A stretch of DNA of 61,416 bases from contig CAYFOR010000003.1 in the NCBI GenBank assembly GCA_964344785.1, positions 1 to 61,416 of the forward strand, given 5' to 3'. Of the stretch, positions 9,001 through 15,985 are shown piece by piece. The stretch's first letter is position 1. Every line of letters starts with the position of its first letter. The position numbers were made by a program, and so were the translations under genes. This DNA is from an uncultured Piscirickettsiaceae bacterium (GTDB lineage: Bacteria > Pseudomonadota > Gammaproteobacteria > GCF-002020875). The notes beneath the pieces are model-generated. The model did not search any database, had not been told where the DNA came from, and saw nothing but the letters and a program-made list of their open reading frames with translations.

Positions 9001-9257
9001 TGCGGAATCGTGCCACCATCGACCAATTGAGAGATAGAGCCCCTGTTCTCGGCGAATTGATGTGGGATGTAGTGGATTGCGAAGTTATCCGTTTCGACAA
9101 TCGCGGGGGCAACGGGTATTCCAGTAATATAGCTCTCTTTCTGCCCCAGGATATGCTGAACCAGATTATCAACATGACGACGCGTTTTCTCGGCGTGTAC
9201 TTGTGTACTGGATACTGCCAGTAAGAGAGCGCTTAAAACCAGGCTAATTCGATACAT
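6009..9257 (-). CDS. Large secreted putative zinc metallopeptidase (HEXXH-X18-E, MA-clan-like) with unassigned C-terminal region and Pro-rich tail
   Basis: 1082 aa. Signal peptide MYRISLVLSALLLAVSSTQVHA/EK. HEVFH (H171) with Glu 18 residues later in WLLESTATW. C-terminal tract PGPLPTPVPSPIPVPLTPPPVFSPPPPLFLPPVP. G+C is lower than in flanking genes. The product name is inferred from the motif only. Confidence 0.6.
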   Translation of the reverse strand: MYRISLVLSALLLAVSSTQVHAEKTRRHVDNLVQHILGQKESYITGIPVAPAIVETDNFAIHYIPHQFAENRGSISQLVDGGTIPQYITDLMAELEFSFSRIKKMGFPDASFAQQHLISVFVVSPDRFAKDVLASVQDFTLSSALDSWPRGSYIALPNNLSSADRRSTIAHEVFHIFQDIPRFEDSKPLNWLLESTATWSEDEIHAPTDPHIGYPIRLHDAWWREWGTLETPFIGLDHQRDNRNKNVWYSSAVLFKWWTENLAIGNNLVAELLGPELTSGNAKQHLVNVLKRHAPPNSAFPDLFLDATLASYLLTGPEPYALKRGKEVVKQRPRETIGGPFSHETYDSLTGKIQPETVRIPSFAAYFQRVPAEKMAHASEAKPLFISVTTKDPGAVRFAFVEHSSRFPDRRRVTEISPGSYVIPRFANDLDETLYVDLVAVNGDVSNSTEIDWSFSVGGPPILEKVRIESSGKEIYQASWQPPQQRDEVLDWGRYSANSPGLQQVTNQIPEEMLKQEALRDTNIQLTFSQPVALREVSLGDTEIQHTQQGVRDYWELSVERVPLNLEPDSNQELTLSVNAWNGDAMRLDAKPDSRAALNDNGRTWFAYEGQKNPNRGGVDQNHIINRQPGTSLVSRLKIAGKVIVPKTISETGEDIPVEEAQVYGVAAYYSVEEKLAERFIELTKQMAPLADLKATRTAEDEDRWLALYEEFVPVLDKVEQQAKFLTGHSPGWRTTTDTEGMFNLSHMPSPGNGGIIAACYGFWAHAKDHNNAISGETFSTHTIDYFGYKAYEKRPTAYPVSDMRIRLAHQGRLPHLADQEGKTLSYYELGDLFTGDQLNPPLRPGWLTSTYLIKPRLDNAWIKPIKFSPQKTAINTAAVNKYNQCLNSASKPSRKACFDHANGIGFGLKSSAAMFPVEVTTGFKLSHPVSEYQTVYQFTRVPTVANMNSEGRTRSGPEHRRQLAVGGLWSASVRENSLDYRCKPTNRADIFRNIRIYYAPISKKREILYNLSQGFRPPNRSFSLPSLPRALPELPQQMPGPLPTPVPSPIPVPLTPPPVFSPPPPLFLPPVPIESAIQPDN

Positions 9258-9349
9258 CTCCCTTATGGTAGACCATTTTTTTGCACAACCAATACGGTTT
9301 GCTCCTTATGTACGATCCAGTGACCATAAATTGAGCCTCACCCTAAAGA

Positions 9350-11962
9350 TTATTTCAGATTTCTGGAAACAATCTCATAGAGATCCTTCGAGAGCTGTTC
9401 ACTGGCGGCGATCCGCTCCAGCTCTGCACGCATCAATTCCTGCCGTCCTTCATCGTAACGTTTCCACTGGTTAAAGGCACTCACCATACGAGCAGCTACC
9501 TGGGGGTTGAGTGGGTCCAGTTTCAATACCTGGTCAGAGAGGAAACGGTAACCACGCCCGGATGCCTCATGGAAGTGGAGTGGATTACCGTGGGAGAAGG
9601 TGCCCACCAGGGAGCGCATCCGGTTTGGATTGGTAAGTTCGAAATCGGGGTGTTCCAGCAGGTACTCCACCCGGTCGATGGTCTTCTCTAGCTGCGAGCT
9701 GGCTTGCAGCGCAAACCACTTGTCGATCACCAGGCGCTCACTCTTCCACTTCTGGTAGAAGATATCCAGTGCTGCTTCTCGCGCTGTCCCCTCTACCCGC
9801 TCGATCGCACTCAGGGCACCGATCTCTTCACTCATATTGGCCGCCTGGTCGAGTTGTTCATGCGCCAGCTGCATCACCGCCTCATCCTCCAGTCGTGCCA
9901 ACATCATCAGCAGTTGATTACGCAGGGTACGTCCATCGGCCTCATCACGGTTCAACTTGCCATAGAGCGCGACCATCTGCTCGCGGTAGCGTGTTGCTAT
10001 GGCCTGGATAGCCATCTCTCGTACATGATGAATCGACTCTACATCCACCACATCCATCTGTTCTGACAACCAACGCTCGGTTGGCAGAATCAGTGCCTCT
10101 GCAGTCAGCGCCGGGTCCTGGTCACCACTCTGTAGCAGTGGTGCAACGGAGTCGAGCCACGCCTCGCCTACTGCTACTTCTCCCCCCTGCTGGCGGGTTT
10201 CGATCATCTGCAGCAGCATCATCTCTGCCACCTGCTGCCCTGCATCCCAACGGTTGAAGGGGTCACTGTCGTGGGCCATCAGGAAACGTTTGTCTGCAGC
10301 AGTATGTTCGCTCTCCAGCAGTACCGGTGCAGAGAAGCCACGCAGGATGGATGGTGTGGCCGATTCACTCACCCCTTCAAAACGGAAGGTGGTGCTCTGT
10401 TCGGTCAGCTCCAGCAGTCGTGTCCCCTCCTCCAGCAGATCATCCCCACTGGTGGTGGAGACCAGCCCTACCGCGACCGGGATATGGTGTGGTTGCCACG
10501 ATTCTTTCTCTTCCTCACTATAGGATTCCGGTGGACGCTGCTGCAGGGTCAGCTCAAACAGCTTTTGTTCACTGTCCTGTTTCCAGCTCGCCTTGAGGCG
10601 GGGTGTCCCCTTCTGCTGATACCAGCGCATAAACTGGGAGAGGTCGCGGCCCGATGCCTCGGCCATACAGGCGACAAAGTCCTCCACCGTAACTGCCTGT
10701 CCATCATGGCGTTCGAAGTAGAGGTCCATTGCCTTGCGATACTGCTCCGGTCCCAGCAGGGTGTGCTGCATCCGCACCACCTCGGCCCCCTTCTCGTAGA
10801 CCGTTACCGTGTAGAAGTTGCTGATCTCGATGTACTGCTCCGGTCGCACCGGGTGGGCCATCGGTCCTGCATCCTCGGCAAACTGGACACTGCGCAGCAT
10901 CCGCACATCCTGAATGCGCTTGACCGCACGGGAGTGGTGATCGGCTGTGAACTCCTGATCCCGGAATACCGTCAGCCCCTCCTTGAGGCTGAGCTGGAAC
11001 CAGTCCCGACAGGTGATGCGGTTGCCGGTCCAGTTGTGGAAATACTCATGCCCAATCACCGCTTCGATGTTGAGGTAATCGCTATCGGTGGCGGTCTCCG
11101 GTTTCGCCAGCACAAACTTGGAGTTGAAGATGTTGAGGCTCTTGTTCTCCATCGCCCCCATATTGAAATCATCCACCGCCACAATGTTGTACAGATTGAG
11201 ATCATACTCCCGCCCGTAGACCGCCTCGTCCCAAGCCATCGAACGTTTCAGTGAGGCCATCGCATGGTCGCACTTGTCGATATTGTGTGCCTCGGTGAAG
11301 ATCTGCAGGGCAACCTCCTTGCCCGACTGCGTCTTGAAGCCATCCCTGATCCCCTTCAGCTTGCCGGCCACCAGCGCAAACAGGTAGGAGGGCTTGGGGA
11401 ACGGATCGTCCCAGGTGACCCAGTGGCGGCCATCCGGGTAGCCCCCGGTCGCAGTCTGATTTCCATTACAGAGAATCACCGGGCAGAGCGTGGGTGGTGC
11501 GGCGATGGTGACACTGTATTTCGACATCACATCGGGTCGGTCCGGGAAGAAGATGATCTTGCGGAACCCCTCCGCCTCACACTGGGTACAGAAGATCGGA
11601 CCGGAACGGTAGAGCCCCTCCAGTGAGGTATTGTTCTGCGGATAGAGCCGGGTCTCCATCTGCAGGATGAACGGTTCGTCCGGCACCGAAGAGATGGTAA
11701 GCCGCTCGCCTTCACGCTGGTACTGCTCCGCTGCCAACCGCGTACCATCGATCTTCAGTGAGAGCAGCTCCTGTTCACCGCCATATAGCTGTAGTGGTGC
11801 CCCTGCCTCCCCTTGCGGGTTGGGCTCAATCTTGAGGCTCGCCTTGACCTGGGTCTGCTCCTCGCCAAGATCGAAAAAGAGCCGTACCTCCGGTACCTGA
11901 TAGTCCGGTACGGCGTAATCTTTGAGAAATGTGGTTGTCGGTGTCAGTTCCTTTGACGTCAT
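9350..11962 (-). CDS. pepN: Aminopeptidase N (M1 family)
   Basis: GAMEN motif (FNMGAMENKS) and HEYFHNWTGNRITCRDWFQLSLKEG (HEXXH-X18-E). ATG 11962 (MTSKEL...) chosen, giving 870 aa. The ORF extension to 12097 overlaps the divergent glutaredoxin gene. Confidence 0.95.
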   Translation of the reverse strand: MTSKELTPTTTFLKDYAVPDYQVPEVRLFFDLGEEQTQVKASLKIEPNPQGEAGAPLQLYGGEQELLSLKIDGTRLAAEQYQREGERLTISSVPDEPFILQMETRLYPQNNTSLEGLYRSGPIFCTQCEAEGFRKIIFFPDRPDVMSKYSVTIAAPPTLCPVILCNGNQTATGGYPDGRHWVTWDDPFPKPSYLFALVAGKLKGIRDGFKTQSGKEVALQIFTEAHNIDKCDHAMASLKRSMAWDEAVYGREYDLNLYNIVAVDDFNMGAMENKSLNIFNSKFVLAKPETATDSDYLNIEAVIGHEYFHNWTGNRITCRDWFQLSLKEGLTVFRDQEFTADHHSRAVKRIQDVRMLRSVQFAEDAGPMAHPVRPEQYIEISNFYTVTVYEKGAEVVRMQHTLLGPEQYRKAMDLYFERHDGQAVTVEDFVACMAEASGRDLSQFMRWYQQKGTPRLKASWKQDSEQKLFELTLQQRPPESYSEEEKESWQPHHIPVAVGLVSTTSGDDLLEEGTRLLELTEQSTTFRFEGVSESATPSILRGFSAPVLLESEHTAADKRFLMAHDSDPFNRWDAGQQVAEMMLLQMIETRQQGGEVAVGEAWLDSVAPLLQSGDQDPALTAEALILPTERWLSEQMDVVDVESIHHVREMAIQAIATRYREQMVALYGKLNRDEADGRTLRNQLLMMLARLEDEAVMQLAHEQLDQAANMSEEIGALSAIERVEGTAREAALDIFYQKWKSERLVIDKWFALQASSQLEKTIDRVEYLLEHPDFELTNPNRMRSLVGTFSHGNPLHFHEASGRGYRFLSDQVLKLDPLNPQVAARMVSAFNQWKRYDEGRQELMRAELERIAASEQLSKDLYEIVSRNLK

Positions 11963-12034
11963 CCTTTGCTCCTGTTTACCTAAACAATCATTCCCTCTAT
12001 CATCTCCGATTCTGTTACTCAGGAAAACTCTCCA

Positions 12035-12289
12035 ATGGCAAGAAAGATCAAAATCTACAGTACGGCAAGCTGCCCACGCTGCGACCGCTCCAAACAACTG
12101 CTTACAAAGTGGGGGATCTCCTATCAGGAGGTACGGGTGGATGAGTCACAAAAGGGGCTCAAGGAGATGCTGAAGCGGACCAACAATGCACGTACCGTTC
12201 CGCAGATCTTTCTGGGGGATGACCATATCGGTGGGCTGGACGAGCTGACCGAGGCCCATATGGATGGCCTGCTGGATGATCTAGGCTAG
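12035..12289 (+). CDS. Glutaredoxin (Grx3-like, CPRC active site)
   Basis: 84 aa. IKIYSTASCPRCDRSK, TVPQIF and IGG motifs of the glutaredoxin fold. Confidence 0.85.
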   Translation: MARKIKIYSTASCPRCDRSKQLLTKWGISYQEVRVDESQKGLKEMLKRTNNARTVPQIFLGDDHIGGLDELTEAHMDGLLDDLG

Positions 12290-12328
12290 AAAACCATTCC
12301 ACCGGACTGATCGATCAGCCCGGATGCA

Positions 12329-12916
12329 TCAGGACTGTTTATCGGGCTGACACTGCGTGAGCTGCTGACGGTACTCCAGGCGAGAGCGTTCCACCTTTCT
12401 TGCGACCGCTTTCAGCCGCTCCTTGCGCTCATAATCTCCTCGCAAAAACCCTGTATGGCCCTGATGGTAGACCAGATAGAGGTGATAGCCGTCATTACGT
12501 GGAATCTGCAGGCTGCGGTGCGCCCGACTGAGATACCAGCCGACAAAGTCGGCCGCATCCTCAAAGTGATTGCGCTTGGTGTCTGTTTTCCCGGTACGCT
12601 GCTGATACTCCTCCCAGGTCGGCTCCAGCGCCTGTGAATAGCCATACGCACTGGAGAGGCGTTCTCCCGGTATCAGTCCAAACAGGTATCGCTTGCGCGG
12701 TGCCCGTGCATCTCCCTCGAAGTTGGACTCATAGCGGATCACCGACATCACCAGCTCCTGCGAAATCCCCCAATCACTCTCAACCTTGTCCAGCACGCCC
12801 CTCCACTCCGGACGCACCTGATAGATTGCACAGAGATCATCAACCTTCAGTCTATCCGGGGTACATCCTGCAGAAAGTGTCAGGAGTACGAAGAGCATGA
12901 GGTATATCCTGACCAT
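12329..12916 (-). CDS. Lipoprotein with SLT-type lytic transglycosylase domain
   Basis: ATG 12916 gives MVRIYLMLFVLLTLSAGC (lipobox). Catalytic-Glu context VIRYESNF and downstream AYGYSQALEPTW. Confidence 0.7.
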   Translation of the reverse strand: MVRIYLMLFVLLTLSAGCTPDRLKVDDLCAIYQVRPEWRGVLDKVESDWGISQELVMSVIRYESNFEGDARAPRKRYLFGLIPGERLSSAYGYSQALEPTWEEYQQRTGKTDTKRNHFEDAADFVGWYLSRAHRSLQIPRNDGYHLYLVYHQGHTGFLRGDYERKERLKAVARKVERSRLEYRQQLTQCQPDKQS

Positions 12917-13032
12917 CGCTCCACTCAAATTTTTCAATCGACAATCGTCCAAGAAAGATCCAATATACTCTGCAACAGCGCATCAATGCGGGTAGACTGC
13001 GGTACTCTATAACAACAGGAGTCTCAACAACA

Positions 13033-13587
13033 ATGTATAAATTTGCCACGATGCTCTCTCTTCTGCTCCTGCCGATTACACTGAAGGCGGGGGGACTCTG
13101 GGTGCACCATGAGATGGAAGAGGAGTTTGACACCATCAAGGAGTACATCGAAGAAGGAATCGCCAATCAGGGGCTGGTGGTTGCCCACCGATCCGACGTC
13201 GGCGGGATGCTCGCCAGAACCGGCAAGGACCTGATGACCACGGTCGGCAAGGCCACGCAGGATGTCATGGAGATGGCAAGCGGAATGATGGGAAACAAGA
13301 GTGACACCGTTGAACCACCTGCCAAACCTCAATCCACTTCTGCCTTCACTCGATCAGAGGTCATTGAATTCTGTAGTGCAAAGCTCTCACGCAAGATGAC
13401 CGATGCCGATCCTGCCAATGTGATCTTCTGCCCCTACTCCATTGCAATCTATACCACTGCTGAACAGCCGGAGGTCGTGCATGTCTCCTATCTGCGGCTT
13501 TCACAGATCGGATCAGAGGCCTCTCGCCCTGTATTGGAAGAGGTTGAGGCGATGCTCGGTGGAATCGTGGCAGAGGCCATGGAGTAG
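13033..13587 (+). CDS. Secreted DUF302-like protein with internal insertion
   Basis: 184 aa. N-terminal signal-like MYKFATMLSLLLLPITLKAGG. DUF302-like halves GLVVAHRSDVG... and VIEFCSAKLSRKMTDADPANVIFCPYSIAIY are separated by about 45 low-complexity residues. Confidence 0.55.
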   Translation: MYKFATMLSLLLLPITLKAGGLWVHHEMEEEFDTIKEYIEEGIANQGLVVAHRSDVGGMLARTGKDLMTTVGKATQDVMEMASGMMGNKSDTVEPPAKPQSTSAFTRSEVIEFCSAKLSRKMTDADPANVIFCPYSIAIYTTAEQPEVVHVSYLRLSQIGSEASRPVLEEVEAMLGGIVAEAME

Positions 13588-13589
13588 CC

Positions 13590-14381
13590 ATGCATTTGAA
13601 ACTGTCTGGGCTGTTACTGCTCTCTCTGGCTGTTACCACGGCCACGGCTGCAGAACTGCCGACCCCGGATCAACTCTCCGAGGTTGCCAACAACACCATT
13701 TCCGCCCAGGAAAAGGTCAAGCCGCTTCCCGATTTTTCCAGTATCAAGGACCGGAATATCCGCAAACAGGCGTTTATCAACACCCTGTTGCGGGAGGCTC
13801 GCCCCATCCTGTACACCATCAGCAAACGACGTACGGTTCTGCTTGGTCTCTATCTCCGTTACCGCAACGGAGACCCGCTCACCTCGCATGAACAGCAGTG
13901 GGTGCTCTGGCTCGCCCACCATATGAAGGTCAACTCCTTTGACTCCGACCACCACAAGAGCTGGATTACACTGATCAAGCGGACCGATACCATCCCGCTT
14001 TCACTGCTGGTCGCCCAGGGCGCCATTGAATCTGCCTGGGGGACCTCTCGCTTTGCCCGCGAGGGCAACAACTACTTCGGGATCTGGTGCTCAAGGCCCG
14101 GCTGTGGAATGGTCCCCAAACGACGTCCGGCCGGTGCAGTCCATGAGGTTGAACGCTATTCATCCTTGTCCGCAGCGATCAATAAATATATCCATATACT
14201 GAATACCCGCCCTGCCTTCCAGGAGTTGCGCAACCTTCGTCATCAGCAGCGGGGCAGCCTGCTCTCACCCAGCGGGACACTGTTGGCCAAGGGGCTCAAA
14301 CAGTATGCGGAAAATGGCGATCAGTACCTCAACACTCTCGAGAAGGTAATCCGGCAAAACCAGTTGGGACTCTTTGACTAG
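13590..14381 (+). CDS. Bax/FlgJ-type N-acetylglucosaminidase domain protein (secreted)
   Basis: 263 aa. Signal peptide MHLKLSGLLLLSLAVTTATA. Glucosaminidase signature LLVAQGAIESAWGTSRFAREGNNYFGIWC. Starts 2 nt after the upstream stop. Confidence 0.75.
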   Translation: MHLKLSGLLLLSLAVTTATAAELPTPDQLSEVANNTISAQEKVKPLPDFSSIKDRNIRKQAFINTLLREARPILYTISKRRTVLLGLYLRYRNGDPLTSHEQQWVLWLAHHMKVNSFDSDHHKSWITLIKRTDTIPLSLLVAQGAIESAWGTSRFAREGNNYFGIWCSRPGCGMVPKRRPAGAVHEVERYSSLSAAINKYIHILNTRPAFQELRNLRHQQRGSLLSPSGTLLAKGLKQYAENGDQYLNTLEKVIRQNQLGLFD

Positions 14382-14387
14382 GAGCCT

Positions 14388-14444
14388 GTGAGCTTATTGA
14401 ACTCGTTAAATAGGTCCACTATTCGCCTCTTTCAATAAGCTCAC
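14388..14444. repeat. Perfect 14-bp inverted repeat with 29-nt spacer
   Basis: gtgagcttattgaa (14388-14401) and ttcaataagctcac (14431-14444) are exact reverse complements. It begins 7 nt after the Bax-like stop codon and no clear U-tract follows. Confidence 0.8.
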
Positions 14445-14547
14445 CTTATAGCCTTTCTGTGATTTTCGCTACGGCTTCTATTCTCGGACAGCCTCCTAAT
14501 CTGCTATCATTCCTCTGACAATTGGTTCATCAGGAAAGGATACCGGG

Positions 14548-15069
14548 ATGAAAAAGTACGCACTCACTTCGCTTCTGTTGCTGACTGGCATGGCCGCCTC
14601 CACAGTTGTCAATGCTCAGTGGCTAGGCCCGTGGGGCAATGAGAATGACCTCGCTGCGGCATGGGGACTGGAACCCCAGGGAGTTGATGACCCGGATGAG
14701 GGTCCCGGCGTCACCATTGATTACAACAACCCGGAACAGCCATTCGGCATGAGTGTCCAGTCCGGCAGCCAAACCAGTAAACCACTGCCGCCTCCACCTT
14801 CCATGCGGATGCGTCCGCAAGCGCCCGCTCCGGTAAAGCCCACACCGGCACCGCCACCACTGGCAAAGGCCCTGCCCAAACCACCTGAGCCCATCAAACC
14901 CATTCCTCGTACCCGCCAGGATTACTACAGCAGAATGCCGCCGATGATGCCAAGGAACTTCAACAGCTTCCAGCAGCCGCTACGTCCCAGACCCTACTAT
15001 GCGCCCCGGCCGCTGCCCCCCATCCGGATGCCTGCACCAATGCCGCCATATCCCTATTATCGACGTTAG
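14548..15069 (+). CDS. Secreted proline-rich protein of unknown function
   Basis: 173 aa. Signal peptide MKKYALTSLLLLTGMAASTVVNA/QW. The C-terminal 110 aa are dominated by P with KP/AP/PP runs and end in PAPMPPYPYYRR. Confidence 0.6.
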   Translation: MKKYALTSLLLLTGMAASTVVNAQWLGPWGNENDLAAAWGLEPQGVDDPDEGPGVTIDYNNPEQPFGMSVQSGSQTSKPLPPPPSMRMRPQAPAPVKPTPAPPPLAKALPKPPEPIKPIPRTRQDYYSRMPPMMPRNFNSFQQPLRPRPYYAPRPLPPIRMPAPMPPYPYYRR

Positions 15070-15111
15070 CGATCAGAGCGCCCTACCGAGATACCTGTTA
15101 CTTCGATTGGC

Positions 15112-15311
15112 TGTGGATAGTTTATGGGCACTCATTGGATGACCATTTATTGACATAGAAAAATAAAATTATTGATAGATATCATTAATTAACGAACAAG
15201 CATTTAATTTACAGTAAGTTACTGGGAAGGTATTCCAATTCCCATAACTAGAACGGGTATACTGGCCCCCTTGTCTGTGGCCGGTGATTTATCCACTCAG
15301 ATTGTGGATAA
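15112..15311. promoter_or_regulatory. Cluster of three DnaA-box-like 9-mers flanking an AT-rich tract
   Basis: TGTGGATAA at 15303-15311 is a perfect reverse TTATCCACA. TTATCCACT at 15289-15297 and TGTGGATAG at 15112-15120 each have one mismatch. The two proximal boxes form an 8-bp inverted repeat (TTATCCAC / GTGGATAA). An AT-rich stretch lies at 15147-15200. Confidence 0.4.
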
Positions 15312-15331
15312 CTCTGTAGACAACTCTATGG

Positions 15332-15985
15332 TTACGGATAACGGCAGCTTGTATGAAGTGGGCAATCTTCACACTCCGGGCGCTTTTTGCAGTGGTGCTT
15401 GGCATGGATGACAATCAGGCCATGCAATTCATTGAATAGCCGAATCCGATCGGCTGCATCACGGCCCTTCACACAATCCTCAACCATCGTGCGAATCTCT
15501 TCATAGCGCTCCCCGCCACTCAACCAGCCGACTCGCTCAAACAGCCTTCGGGTATAGGTATCCACCACAAATACCGGTCGTTCAAAGGCATAGAGCAGGA
15601 TATCGTCTGCTGTCTCCAGCCCCACCCCATTGATGCCGAGCAGCGAGGTACGCAGCTTTTCCGTATTCATGCCCCCGACCTGATCCCGATGCTGCTGATA
15701 CCAGTCGCAGAAGTTTTGCAACCGTCTGGACTTGAGATTGAAATAGCCGCTTGGCCGAATCAATTCTCCCAACTCGGCATGCGGCAACGCCAGGATTGCC
15801 TCGGGTGAGAGTGACTGTGCACTGCGCAGATTGGCAATCGCCTTCTCAACGCCACTCCAACTGGTATTCTGGGTCAGGATGGCACCGACCATCACCTCGA
15901 ATGGGGTCTCGGCCGGCCACCAGTGCTGTGCTCCATAGTGATCCAGCAGCTGCTGATAGACCTTCAGCAGCTCATCCGCTTCCAT
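15332..15985 (-). CDS. Endonuclease III-related HhH-GPD family protein with 4Fe-4S cluster loop
   Basis: ATG 15985 chosen (MEADELLKVYQ...). HhH element LLGINGVGLETADDILLYAF. C-terminal Cys cluster CKKRPECEDCPLHTSC. Confidence 0.8.
   Translation of the reverse strand: MEADELLKVYQQLLDHYGAQHWWPAETPFEVMVGAILTQNTSWSGVEKAIANLRSAQSLSPEAILALPHAELGELIRPSGYFNLKSRRLQNFCDWYQQHRDQVGGMNTEKLRTSLLGINGVGLETADDILLYAFERPVFVVDTYTRRLFERVGWLSGGERYEEIRTMVEDCVKGRDAADRIRLFNELHGLIVIHAKHHCKKRPECEDCPLHTSCRYP

Noticed and set aside
5076-9349. Intact Tn7-like or CRISPR-associated transposon at the glmS attachment site
   Set aside because: I found no TnsA/B/C/D-like ORFs, no other transposase or integrase, no CRISPR repeats, and no recognisable terminal repeat arrays. 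I keep only the weaker idea of a glmS-proximal insertion hotspot with decayed content.
15070-15331. Calling this spacer the chromosomal origin (oriC) or a dif site outright
   Set aside because: There are only three box-like 9-mers, almost no GATC clustering, and no dnaA/dnaN/gidA/rpmH context in the window. I also saw no dif-like XerCD palindrome. It is reported only as a candidate DnaA-interacting site.
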